DNA from: Myxococcales bacterium
GTDB taxonomy: Bacteria; Myxococcota_A; UBA9042
Length of the DNA: 57,329 bases
Direction of reading: 5' to 3'
NCBI GenBank assembly: GCA_037441385.1
Contig: JBBISH010000028.1
Span: 1 to 57,329, forward strand
The notes beneath the pieces were generated by a model, which did not search any database, had not been told where the DNA came from, and saw only the letters and a list, made by a program, of their open reading frames with translations. Position numbers and translations under genes: made by a program. Positions 9,333-18,041 of this stretch are shown piece after piece; positions within the stretch are counted from its first letter, which is position 1; each line of letters begins with the position of its first letter.

Positions 9333-12071
9333 ATGCCTGCTCGCCCGCCTACCGGTCAACACGACACCGCGACCAAGCCGCTCCCCGGCCATGCCGCGCC
9401 GCCGGCGGCCGTGGGCGAATTGGCGCAGGGCACTGCGGTCGGCCGCTTTATCGTCCTCAACCAAATCGGCAAGGGTGGCATGGGCGTGGTCTACGCGGCC
9501 TGGGATCCCCGGCTGGGCCGCCGCGTCGCCCTCAAAGTTCTGCGGCGCGACGCCGACGCCAGCGAGCGGGGCCGGATCTTGCGCGAGGCCAGGGCGCTTG
9601 CGCAGCTCGCCCACCCCAATGTTGTCGGCATCTACGAGCTGGGCGAGATCGACGAAGCACCCTTCATCGCCATGGAGTTGATCGACGGGCAATCTCTGGG
9701 CGATCTGGTCAAAGGCGCACTCAAGCAAGATCAAGTCTTCGAGCTGTTCGATCAGGTGGGTCGGGGGCTCGCCGCCGTCCACGGCCTTGGCATCGTGCAC
9801 CGTGATTTCAAGCCGGGCAACGTCTTTGTTGGTCGCGATGGCCGAGTATGTATTGGTGATTTTGGCCTGGCGATCGCCAGTGACGGCGACACCAGCCAGG
9901 TGGGCGGCCAACGTGGCGAGCGCCTGCCCGCCGCCAGCATTTTGGAGGGCGAGATTACGGTGGCGGGCGCCACCCCAGGTACCCCGGCCTACATGCCACC
10001 CGAGCAAATCCTGGGCGAGCCATTGGACGCACGCTGCGATCAGTACGCCTTTGCGATCGCTTTGTGGCTGGCGGTGTACGGCGAGCGGCCTTTTACAAAG
10101 CAGGATCTTGGGTTGACCTACAAGCCGCCGCCGCCCCGGCCCACCAAACCGACCTGGGCTGGGCGTGCTGTGGAACCCGTGTTGCGCCGGGCCTTGTCGC
10201 ACCGCCGCGAGGACCGCTACCCCGACATGCTTGCGCTCCTTGCCGCGCTCAACCACCGCCGCCGTCTGCCGCGGCGCTTGCTGGGCGCGGTGCTGAGCCT
10301 CTTTGTGTTGGCGGCGTTGGCAGGGTTGCTCGCACCCCGCGTGCTGGCCAGCGACCCGTGCGGCGTCGAGAAGCGGGCGCTGGCCGCTGTTCCGCCCGAG
10401 CTGCGCCGGCTGCTGCAAGCCAATTCCACCAATCCTCTTGCAGATGTGCCCGCACACCTCGACGCCTATGTGGCCCAGTGGCGCAACGCGGCCGACTCGG
10501 TTTGCCGCCGGCGCGATCTGCCCGACCGGCCGGTCGTCCAGGCCTGCTTGGATCAGCGGCTTGGCGACCTACAGGCGCTGGCGGCGGTGCTCGCCGCTCA
10601 TCCCGAGGCGGCGGCCAATGCCCTGCCTGCGGTGTTGGCGCTGCCTACCCCGATCAGCTGTATCCGCAACGAACGCAAAGGCCCCGACGACGCGCCGACC
10701 AAGCAGCGGCAGGGCTTAGAGGCGCAGTTGGCGCGCGCGCGCGCGGCGTGGCTGGCCGGGCGCCAGGCCGAAGCGGTAGACAAAGCCAGCTCGGCCCTGG
10801 CCGAGGCCCAACGGGTCGGCGACGAGCGAGCGGTGGCCGAAGCCTGGTTCTTGCAGGGCGTAGGTCAAGTCGACCAGGGCAACTTGGCCGCGGCCGAGCA
10901 GGCCCTGCGGCAATCGCTGGCCGGAGCCATCGCGCAGCACGCGGAACAGCTCGAAGCGCAGGCGTGGGTCGAGCTGGTGAATGTCATTGGGGACCGCAGT
11001 CGCCGCTACGAGGAAGCCCTGGCCTGGCTGCCGATGGAGCGCGCCGCGGTTGAGCGCGACGGGACCAGCTTGGATGTGCGCGCCCGCGCCCGCTTTGTCG
11101 AGGCCACCCTGCTCAATGATCACGGCGATCAGGCGCAGGCGTTGCCGCTGGCGGCCGAGGCGATCGCTTTGGCCGAGCAGCGCGTACCCCGCGACGCCAA
11201 GATGATCAGTCAGGCCCACAGCAACTATGGCAACACGCTGGCGGCGTCGGGTCAGATTGACCAGGGCATCGCTCAGCTGCAGTTGGCCAAGCAGGCCTTG
11301 CAGGGCGCACTGGCGCCCCATCACGTCGCGTTTGCACCGGTGTTGAACAATATCGGCGTGTTGTACGCCATGAAGGGCGACCGAGTGGCCGCGCGTCGGG
11401 AGTTTGCCGAGGCGGCGGCCGTGCTAGAGGGGACGGGCAACCCGATGCTGGGCGTGGCGTTCGAAAACATGGCCGAAATCGAGAGGATGGCCGGCCATAT
11501 CGACCAGGCGCGCCCCCTCTACCAACGCGCCCTGCAGATCGCGGTAGAGCACTTTGGTGAGAGCCATCTCAGGGCAATGACCGTGCAATTGGGCTTGGCG
11601 CTGCTGCTGCAAGACGAGGGCCACTTTGCCGAGGCGGTCGCCCCGATCGAGAAGGTCGCCCACACCCTGCGTGCGCAAAATCCCCATGCGCGCACCACCT
11701 TAGACGCGTTGCTCGCGCGCGCTGAGCTGGCGTTGGAGGCCCAGTCCCCCAGCGGCGAACTGGAGGCGGCTGTTGCCGAGGTGCAGGCCGCGCTCACTGG
11801 CAACGACGATGCTAGGGGCGTGCGCGCCGAGCTTGCGCTCACTTCGGCCGTGGTGCACTTGCTGGCTGGTCACGCAAGCAGCGCAGGGCCGGCCCTGCAA
11901 CAAGCCAAAGCCGACGCTGGTCGCGTTGATTGGCCCGAATTCGGTGCGGTCTTGGCGGGCTGGCAGGCGGTGGCCGACGGGCGCACGCCCGATTGTGCGG
12001 GTCTACCCAGTTGCCGGCCCTTGGCGCGTCTGTTGCTGCGGCATTGCGCGAGCAAACCTCCCGCGCCCTAG
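9333..12071 (+). CDS. membrane Ser/Thr protein kinase with extracytoplasmic TPR repeats
   Basis: GKGGMGVVY, VALK, HRDFKPGN, DFG and GTPAYMPPEQ; TM helix; TPR-like repeats (LNNIGVLY, ARPLYQRALQI). Confidence 0.92.
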   Translation: MPARPPTGQHDTATKPLPGHAAPPAAVGELAQGTAVGRFIVLNQIGKGGMGVVYAAWDPRLGRRVALKVLRRDADASERGRILREARALAQLAHPNVVGIYELGEIDEAPFIAMELIDGQSLGDLVKGALKQDQVFELFDQVGRGLAAVHGLGIVHRDFKPGNVFVGRDGRVCIGDFGLAIASDGDTSQVGGQRGERLPAASILEGEITVAGATPGTPAYMPPEQILGEPLDARCDQYAFAIALWLAVYGERPFTKQDLGLTYKPPPPRPTKPTWAGRAVEPVLRRALSHRREDRYPDMLALLAALNHRRRLPRRLLGAVLSLFVLAALAGLLAPRVLASDPCGVEKRALAAVPPELRRLLQANSTNPLADVPAHLDAYVAQWRNAADSVCRRRDLPDRPVVQACLDQRLGDLQALAAVLAAHPEAAANALPAVLALPTPISCIRNERKGPDDAPTKQRQGLEAQLARARAAWLAGRQAEAVDKASSALAEAQRVGDERAVAEAWFLQGVGQVDQGNLAAAEQALRQSLAGAIAQHAEQLEAQAWVELVNVIGDRSRRYEEALAWLPMERAAVERDGTSLDVRARARFVEATLLNDHGDQAQALPLAAEAIALAEQRVPRDAKMISQAHSNYGNTLAASGQIDQGIAQLQLAKQALQGALAPHHVAFAPVLNNIGVLYAMKGDRVAARREFAEAAAVLEGTGNPMLGVAFENMAEIERMAGHIDQARPLYQRALQIAVEHFGESHLRAMTVQLGLALLLQDEGHFAEAVAPIEKVAHTLRAQNPHARTTLDALLARAELALEAQSPSGELEAAVAEVQAALTGNDDARGVRAELALTSAVVHLLAGHASSAGPALQQAKADAGRVDWPEFGAVLAGWQAVADGRTPDCAGLPSCRPLARLLLRHCASKPPAP

Positions 12072-12208
12072 TGACCTGACCAATTACTGCACACTCGTTC
12101 AGTTCTTGGATGTTCTGGTTAGGTCTCTCGCTGCCAGGTGGGTCGCAAGCTCGCCCCGTTGGGGACTCGCCGCTCCAATTGCGGCGGGTGCGACGCGGCG
12201 AAGAACTC

Positions 12209-12242
12209 AAATTGATCCGCGCCCTAGAGAGCGGATCAATTT
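12209..12242. repeat. 34-bp palindrome centred on CTAG
   Basis: AAATTGATCCGC-gcc-CTAG-aga-GCGGATCAATTT, between convergent genes. Confidence 0.75.
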
Positions 12243-12332
12243 AGGATTTCTCCGGACACCCAAGGCCTCGACACCAAGAATAGCGGCTTCGGTGGCCTGA
12301 CCTGCGATCTAGTGGCGGCCAGGACCAGCTCG

Positions 12333-13736
12333 CTATCGGCCGCCGCGCATGGCCAACCATGCCAGCGCCGCCGCGGCCGCCAGCCCAACGATCACCGCAA
12401 CGGCCCCCATCGACCCCTTGGAGCCCGCAGCTTGTTTGGGCGGGTTCACGGCGTCTTGACTCGGATCCACCATGCCCGCGGCCGGGTTTGTCTCCACTTG
12501 CGGCGGCTGCGGGGGTGGCGCCAACTGCTCCGCGCCGCCGACCGGGGCTGTGCGCGACCGAGCCAGCTTGGCACCTGCCACAACGGGAGTGTATTCCGTC
12601 GTCTCGTCGTCACCCTCGTCGTCGTCGCCGCCACCGGCTCGCGGCGGTCCGGCGGCCTCGAACGGATCGCGCGCCCCCTCTGGGCTGGCTTGGGCGGAAG
12701 CTGCCGCGGCCGTGGGTGTGGGCCGTGGCTCGGGGTCGGTAGCTGGCGCAGGCTCGCTAGCGGTCGTGGCGGCGGTTGCGGCCATCCCGGGCGGCGGCAA
12801 GTTTTGCACCGGAGCTTTGGCGACCCGTTCGGACTTGCCACTCGTACTCGGCTGGCCCTTGCCCTTGCTCGCCAGGGGATCAAACTCTTGCACCATCCGC
12901 ATCGAGCGGGTGATGGAATCGAAGGGGTCGCCCTCGAAGCCGTCGCCGCTGAATTCCGCGACGATGGCGGTCAGGTTGTCGCGACCGCCCCGGCTGTTGG
13001 CCAGCTCGATCAGGCGACTAGCGGCCGCAGCGGGGGGCAAACTCGTCATCACCTCGCGCAGTTCGTCGTCGCGCAACTCGTTGGAGACGCCGTCCGAGCA
13101 GAGGAGCAACCGGTCTTCGGCCTTGAGCTCCAGTCGGCAGATCGCCGCGTGGACGTCGTCCGCTAGGCCCATCGCCTGGAGAATCATGTTCTTGTTCGAT
13201 GAATTGCGGGCGTCGTCGGCGGTCATCACGCCCTTGTCGACCAGCATTTGGACCATGCTCTGATCCCGCGTCACCTGACGCAGGCGGCCGGCGCGAAGCA
13301 GATAGCCCCGCGAATCGCCGACCTCGACCACGTAGGCCGCGGCTCCGCTGACGAATGCCGCCGTGAGGGTGGCGCCCATGCCGGCGCGGCTCTCGTGGTG
13401 CGCAGCCGTGTGCACGTTCGAATTGGCGCGTCGCACTGCCGCTTCGATCGCCTGCTCGAACTCCCCTTCGCGCAGGGCCCCAGCAAAGGCCGAGCCCAAC
13501 GACTCCACGACCATGCGGCTGGCGACTTCGCCGGCCTCGTGGCCACCCATTCCGTCAGAAACCGCAAGCAAGACCGGCCGACTGCTCACTTCGCCCGCCC
13601 AGTCGCCCGTGCCGGCCAGGATCAGGGAACCGCTAGTCAGGTCGGCAATCGCGCACGAGTCTTCGTTGATTTGGCGCTGCCGGCCTGTGTCACTGCGAGC
13701 GGCGGCGGTGAGGTGCACAGCTTGGCCAGTGGACAT
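12333..13736 (-). CDS. PP2C/Stp1-family phosphatase with Pro/Ala-rich linker and C-terminal TM anchor
   Basis: SDTGRQRQINED, VSDGMGGHEAGEVAS, VGDSRGY, CSDGVS and GGRDNLT; terminal hydrophobic helix. Start could extend to 13799. Confidence 0.92.
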   Translation of the reverse strand: MSTGQAVHLTAAARSDTGRQRQINEDSCAIADLTSGSLILAGTGDWAGEVSSRPVLLAVSDGMGGHEAGEVASRMVVESLGSAFAGALREGEFEQAIEAAVRRANSNVHTAAHHESRAGMGATLTAAFVSGAAAYVVEVGDSRGYLLRAGRLRQVTRDQSMVQMLVDKGVMTADDARNSSNKNMILQAMGLADDVHAAICRLELKAEDRLLLCSDGVSNELRDDELREVMTSLPPAAAASRLIELANSRGGRDNLTAIVAEFSGDGFEGDPFDSITRSMRMVQEFDPLASKGKGQPSTSGKSERVAKAPVQNLPPPGMAATAATTASEPAPATDPEPRPTPTAAAASAQASPEGARDPFEAAGPPRAGGGDDDEGDDETTEYTPVVAGAKLARSRTAPVGGAEQLAPPPQPPQVETNPAAGMVDPSQDAVNPPKQAAGSKGSMGAVAVIVGLAAAAALAWLAMRGGR

Positions 13737-13828
13737 TCGCTCGTTCAAGAGGGCCTCCTGCGGGGGCCACAGACTATCGGTCAGGGGTAATCGAGTCAAC
13801 CAACCAGATTGTTCGTAATCGTAGTGGG

Positions 13829-14887
13829 TTAGCTGTTGCTGCTGGTCGACGTCCTCGACCCCTGCACGCCTTCGGCCAGGGACTGCAGCGTCTCAGCGCG
13901 GGCCATCACCACCACCCGGTCGGCTTGCTGCAGCAATTCGCGGCTTTGCGGCGGAAACACCAGCGCGCCGTCGGCCTTGCGCACGGCCAGCACCAGGATG
14001 CCGGGGTTGCCCCACAGCGGCGTTTTGGCGAGCTCGCTGCCCACGGCGCCGATGCGCTCGGGCGCCACTTCTTCGATGCCCAGCTCGACTTCGCCTTTGC
14101 GGCTTGCGAGTTCGATGAGGTCGGTGATCGCCGGCCGCACGATCTGCAGCGCAATCCGGTGGCCCAGCACGCGCGACGGCGAAAACGCGTGGGTGGCACC
14201 GGCGCGCTCCAATTTCTGAAGCGTCGCGGGGTCTTCGGCCTTGCCGTGGATGACCAGCCCCGGGTTGGTATCGCGGGTGAGCACGCGGGCGGTGAGCGTC
14301 AAGAACACGTTGTGCGCGTCGTCGTTCAGCGCCGCCACCAGGGTCTGGGCGCGCTGGACGCCGGCCTGCAGCAGCACCGCGTCGTCGTTGGCGTCGCCCT
14401 GGATGAACGGTACGTCGTGCTGCAGGTGCAGCTTGTCAAAGGCGTTGCGGTCGCGATCCACCACGACAAACGGCATGTTCTTGGCGTGCAGCTCCAGCGC
14501 GACTGACGAGCCGAGCCGACCGCAGCCGCAGATGACCGTGTGATTGCGCAGGCTTTGCAGCATCTTCTCCATCCGATCGCGGTGGCGATAGGCGCGTAGG
14601 CCGCCGCCGGCAAAAAAGGCCGTCATCTCGGCCAGGGCATAGCCCAAGTTGCCCACGCCCACCAGGATGAGGCCGATGGTGAACAGCCGGCCGGCGTCGC
14701 TGAGGGCGTGGGTCTCGCCGTAGCCGATGGTGGCCAGGGTGATGACGGTCATGTACGCGGAATCGAGCCAATTCCAGCCTTCGATCCAGCGGTAGCCCAA
14801 GGTGCCCGACGCGAGCACGATACTCATCATCCCCAGGGTCTGGGCGACCACTTTGCGGATGCGGCGGTTGTCGTCCGAGACGTGCAT
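13829..14887 (-). CDS. potassium channel with RCK (TrkA-N/TrkA-C) domains
   Basis: Two TM helices with a TIGYGE selectivity filter; ICGCGRLG Rossmann motif; GDA. Confidence 0.93.
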   Translation of the reverse strand: MHVSDDNRRIRKVVAQTLGMMSIVLASGTLGYRWIEGWNWLDSAYMTVITLATIGYGETHALSDAGRLFTIGLILVGVGNLGYALAEMTAFFAGGGLRAYRHRDRMEKMLQSLRNHTVICGCGRLGSSVALELHAKNMPFVVVDRDRNAFDKLHLQHDVPFIQGDANDDAVLLQAGVQRAQTLVAALNDDAHNVFLTLTARVLTRDTNPGLVIHGKAEDPATLQKLERAGATHAFSPSRVLGHRIALQIVRPAITDLIELASRKGEVELGIEEVAPERIGAVGSELAKTPLWGNPGILVLAVRKADGALVFPPQSRELLQQADRVVVMARAETLQSLAEGVQGSRTSTSSNS

Positions 14888-14917
14888 GGGTCGGCTACCA
14901 GGGCAACACGGGAAGAA

Positions 14918-15748
14918 CTAGAACTGCCCCATGATGCCCCAGGACGGCGCGATGGTCACGCCGCCCAGGTCGCGCTCCAGGCCAAACGCCCGCAGCGAAC
15001 CGCTGGCGCGGAGCACGGTCAGTTCGCCCACCGCAAACACGTGGCGGAAGCCCAAGGCAAGGCCAATGTTGCCGCCCCAGTACCAAATATGATCACGAAT
15101 TTCCTCGATTTTTACGCCAAGGTCCGGGGCGCCAACCTGCACGGCGTAGCCGCTGTACATGCCCTTGGCCCCGAACCACAGCCGGCCCCACTCGCCGAAT
15201 TCGCGGCCGAGTTGGGCAAAAAGCTGGCCGTCGAAGCGCTTGGTCGAGACCAAGTCCACGTAGCCGTTGGCGTCGTCTAGGTACGAGATGACCGATTGCC
15301 CCGAGTTGTAGCCGGCGCGCACGCCCAATGCGGCGGCCCACGGGCCAAAATCGAAGCCTTTGCGCAGGCTTGCGGCGTAGATGCCGTTGCCAACGCGCAG
15401 CGACGTGTCCCAGCGGTAGCCCAGGCCTACGCCGATGTCGAAGTGCGTGGCGTAGCCGGGGCCGGCCAGGGCGATGGCGGTGGCGCGGCTGGCGTAGTCG
15501 CGGGCCTGGTCGCTCGACGGCTTTTCCTGCGCTTTCAGCGAGGAATACAGCGACTTGGTGCTGGTGATGCTGTCGCCGATGGCCGAGGTGGGGATCACCA
15601 CGTTGTTGACTTGGGCCACCTGCACTTCGCCGCCGCGGAGGACCCGCGCCGGTTTGGCCTCGCTGAAGTTGACGGCGCAGCCCGCACAGAGAAGACCTGC
15701 GAAGGTCGCGAGTAGAGAGCAGAATCGGGGAAAGACGCGAGGTGCCAT
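14918..15748 (-). CDS. putative outer-membrane beta-barrel lipoprotein
   Basis: Lipobox-like LCAGC, alternating Gly/aromatic strands and C-terminal Phe; TGATG coupling with the upstream gene. Confidence 0.7.
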   Translation of the reverse strand: MAPRVFPRFCSLLATFAGLLCAGCAVNFSEAKPARVLRGGEVQVAQVNNVVIPTSAIGDSITSTKSLYSSLKAQEKPSSDQARDYASRATAIALAGPGYATHFDIGVGLGYRWDTSLRVGNGIYAASLRKGFDFGPWAAALGVRAGYNSGQSVISYLDDANGYVDLVSTKRFDGQLFAQLGREFGEWGRLWFGAKGMYSGYAVQVGAPDLGVKIEEIRDHIWYWGGNIGLALGFRHVFAVGELTVLRASGSLRAFGLERDLGGVTIAPSWGIMGQF

Positions 15749-16293
15749 CAGATGTCCTCGCCCAGCGGCGCCTCGGGCGGGGCGCGCAGCAGCACGGGCG
15801 GCAGCTCCACCGGCTGCCCGTCGACTTGCAGATCCGACAGGCGCACCTGCAGCACGCCAACACGGCGCAGGTCGCGCTGACCCTGGGTCAAGCTGATCTC
15901 GAGCGCCGCCGTTTCGCCCGCGGCGATAGTCAGTGTTCCTGGGCGCTTGCCGATGCCCACCGCCGCCAGGCCGCGCTGCCAGTCGCTGTGCAGACCGCCC
16001 ACCGAGGTGGTGAACGTCTGGCCATCGGGCAGCGTGACTGCCGCGTTTTCGCACTGGACCGCGATCGGCTGGGCACCCGGGTTGCGCAAACGCAGTTGCA
16101 GGCCCAGGTGACGCTGGCTGACGTCGGCGCTCTGGACCTCGACCTGCAGCGCCGGGGCGCTGGCGCTCTGCCCTTGGAACTGCCAAGTGCGGCGCATGGC
16201 GGCACACGAGGTCAAGGCCACCAGAGCCATAGCGAGGGCCAAGGCGGTGGCAGTAAAACGCTGTAATTTTGGCCAGTAGAAAATGGGTGCCAT
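15748..16293 (-). CDS. putative lipoprotein, beta-sandwich-like
   Basis: Hydrophobic signal ending in LTSC; beta-rich sequence. Confidence 0.65.
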   Translation of the reverse strand: MAPIFYWPKLQRFTATALALAMALVALTSCAAMRRTWQFQGQSASAPALQVEVQSADVSQRHLGLQLRLRNPGAQPIAVQCENAAVTLPDGQTFTTSVGGLHSDWQRGLAAVGIGKRPGTLTIAAGETAALEISLTQGQRDLRRVGVLQVRLSDLQVDGQPVELPPVLLRAPPEAPLGEDI

Positions 16294-16408
16294 GTTCTTG
16301 CCGGGCAGTGAACAGAGCCCAGCATGCGCCGGTCGCGCGCGGAGGTCAAAGGTGGGGCGGCCATGGAAAAACCGCGGCTTCTGGCTGCAAGAACCGGCGA
16401 TAGTTGGG

Positions 16409-16741
16409 CTACTGCGTCGACGCGCGCCACGGGTGGTTGGGGTCGGCCGTGTTGAACGGATCGCGGAACGGCGGCACCCCCGCGGGCACCTGGAACAGGC
16501 CCGAGACGAGGCGCAGCACCTGCAGCAGCCACGGCGCCAGCTCGGGGGCGCGGACGTCGACGCCAGGCGGACCGTTTGCCGGCATGACGGGGCGATTCTT
16601 GGCCGCGCGCGTGCCCGCGGGTGGCGGCGCCTGCAGCACCGATTGGGCCTGAGCGTCGCGCACCGCCAGCGCCTGGTCTGGAGTCAGCATCGCCAGTTCA
16701 AGTGCAAGCACCGCCGCGAAAGCCAGTCGTTTGTGCCGCAT
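16409..16741 (-). CDS. small secreted Pro-rich hypothetical protein
   Basis: MRHKRLAFAAVLALELAML signal-like N-terminus. Confidence 0.5.
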   Translation of the reverse strand: MRHKRLAFAAVLALELAMLTPDQALAVRDAQAQSVLQAPPPAGTRAAKNRPVMPANGPPGVDVRAPELAPWLLQVLRLVSGLFQVPAGVPPFRDPFNTADPNHPWRASTQ

Positions 16742-17036
16742 GGGCCACCTCGCTGGCGCGACGAGCCCGATTCGCGCCGTCCACCCTGCACGAAAGGCGG
16801 CGACGGGGCGGCAGTCAACCAAGGCGACCGAGTCACGCGCGCTGGATTGTCGCAGGGTTGTCACGCAACATGCGAAAAAGAATGGTGAAAGCTGAGCGCA
16901 GTGTTGGTAATTGCGAAATTATTTCGCGAGGCGGCAGCTTTTTTCGATCGGATGCCGTGCAAGCCATTGGAGCCTAAGCATGAACGTGCTGTTGCTTGGC
17001 TTGTAACTGCAAAAAATGATCTCGCGACGCAGGTCG

Positions 17037-17957
17037 TCAGCGGACCGACTCTGCCGCCAGCAAATCGCCCAGGACCGCCGCCACCGCTGCTGCGACGGCC
17101 GGGCGGGTGTAGCTGGGGCGCGTCACCAGCGCGATGGTGCGGGTGGGCGGCGGCTGCAGGCGGTGGATCTGCAGGCCGGCCGCCTCGATGAGCCCCGTGC
17201 CCAGGGCCAGCGCCGGCAGCAGTGCATCGCCCAGACTCGCGGCCACCATCTGCACCAAAGTCAGCAGGCTAGAGGCCTCGAGTTCACCGCTCTGGGCGCC
17301 CGCTCCGCAGGCCACCAGCGTGTGCTCGCGCAGGCAGTGGCCCTCGGTCAGCAGCACCAGCCGTGCCGGATCCAGGCGGCCGCTGGTGGGCGCACGCTGG
17401 CCGGGCGCTAGCGCCAGCACCAGTTCGTCCTTGCCGATGGGCTGCACGGCCAGTTCGCCGGTGTCGAAGGGCAGGGCCAGGATCGCCACGTCGACACGGC
17501 CTTCGCGCAGCCGGGCCAGCAACTGCGCCGAGGTCTCTTCGCGGACCGCCAGCCGCAGCCGCGGATGGGCCGCCGTCAGGTCCCGCACCAACCGCGGAAA
17601 CACGAACGGCGCCAGGGTGGGAATGGCTCCCAAACGCAAGGTCGTACTGAGCGGACCCGACTCGGCCTGAGCGCGGTCGCACAGATCGCTGGTCGCCGCC
17701 AGGATGTGCCGCGCGCGCACGGCCAGCTCCTCGCCCAGCGGCGTGGGCCACACGCCTGACCGGCCGCGCTCCAGCAGGGGCACACCCAACAGCCCCTCCA
17801 ACTCGGCGATGCCGGCGCTCAGTGTCGGCTGGGTCACGAAACAGGCGGCGGCAGCGCGGGTAAAGTGGCGCAATTCCACGACTGCCACCAGATACTCCAG
17901 CTGCCGCAAGCTGGGCAAGTTGGGCGCGGCAAAGCGGGGCACGGTCGGCGTGGGCAT
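17037..17957 (-). CDS. LysR-family regulator, OxyR-like
   Basis: SLRQLEYLVAV..HFTRAAAACFVTQPTLSAGI HTH; LGAIPTLAPF; LTEGHCLREHTLVAC (Cys pair spaced as in OxyR); ASSLLTLVQMV. Confidence 0.9.
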   Translation of the reverse strand: MPTPTVPRFAAPNLPSLRQLEYLVAVVELRHFTRAAAACFVTQPTLSAGIAELEGLLGVPLLERGRSGVWPTPLGEELAVRARHILAATSDLCDRAQAESGPLSTTLRLGAIPTLAPFVFPRLVRDLTAAHPRLRLAVREETSAQLLARLREGRVDVAILALPFDTGELAVQPIGKDELVLALAPGQRAPTSGRLDPARLVLLTEGHCLREHTLVACGAGAQSGELEASSLLTLVQMVAASLGDALLPALALGTGLIEAAGLQIHRLQPPPTRTIALVTRPSYTRPAVAAAVAAVLGDLLAAESVR

Positions 17958-18041
17958 GGCAAGGCTCGCAACGGCGGCCCCACTATCAAGGCCGTCGATG
18001 ACTTCAGCACCTACCAGTGACCGGGTCAATCGCTGCGGACT

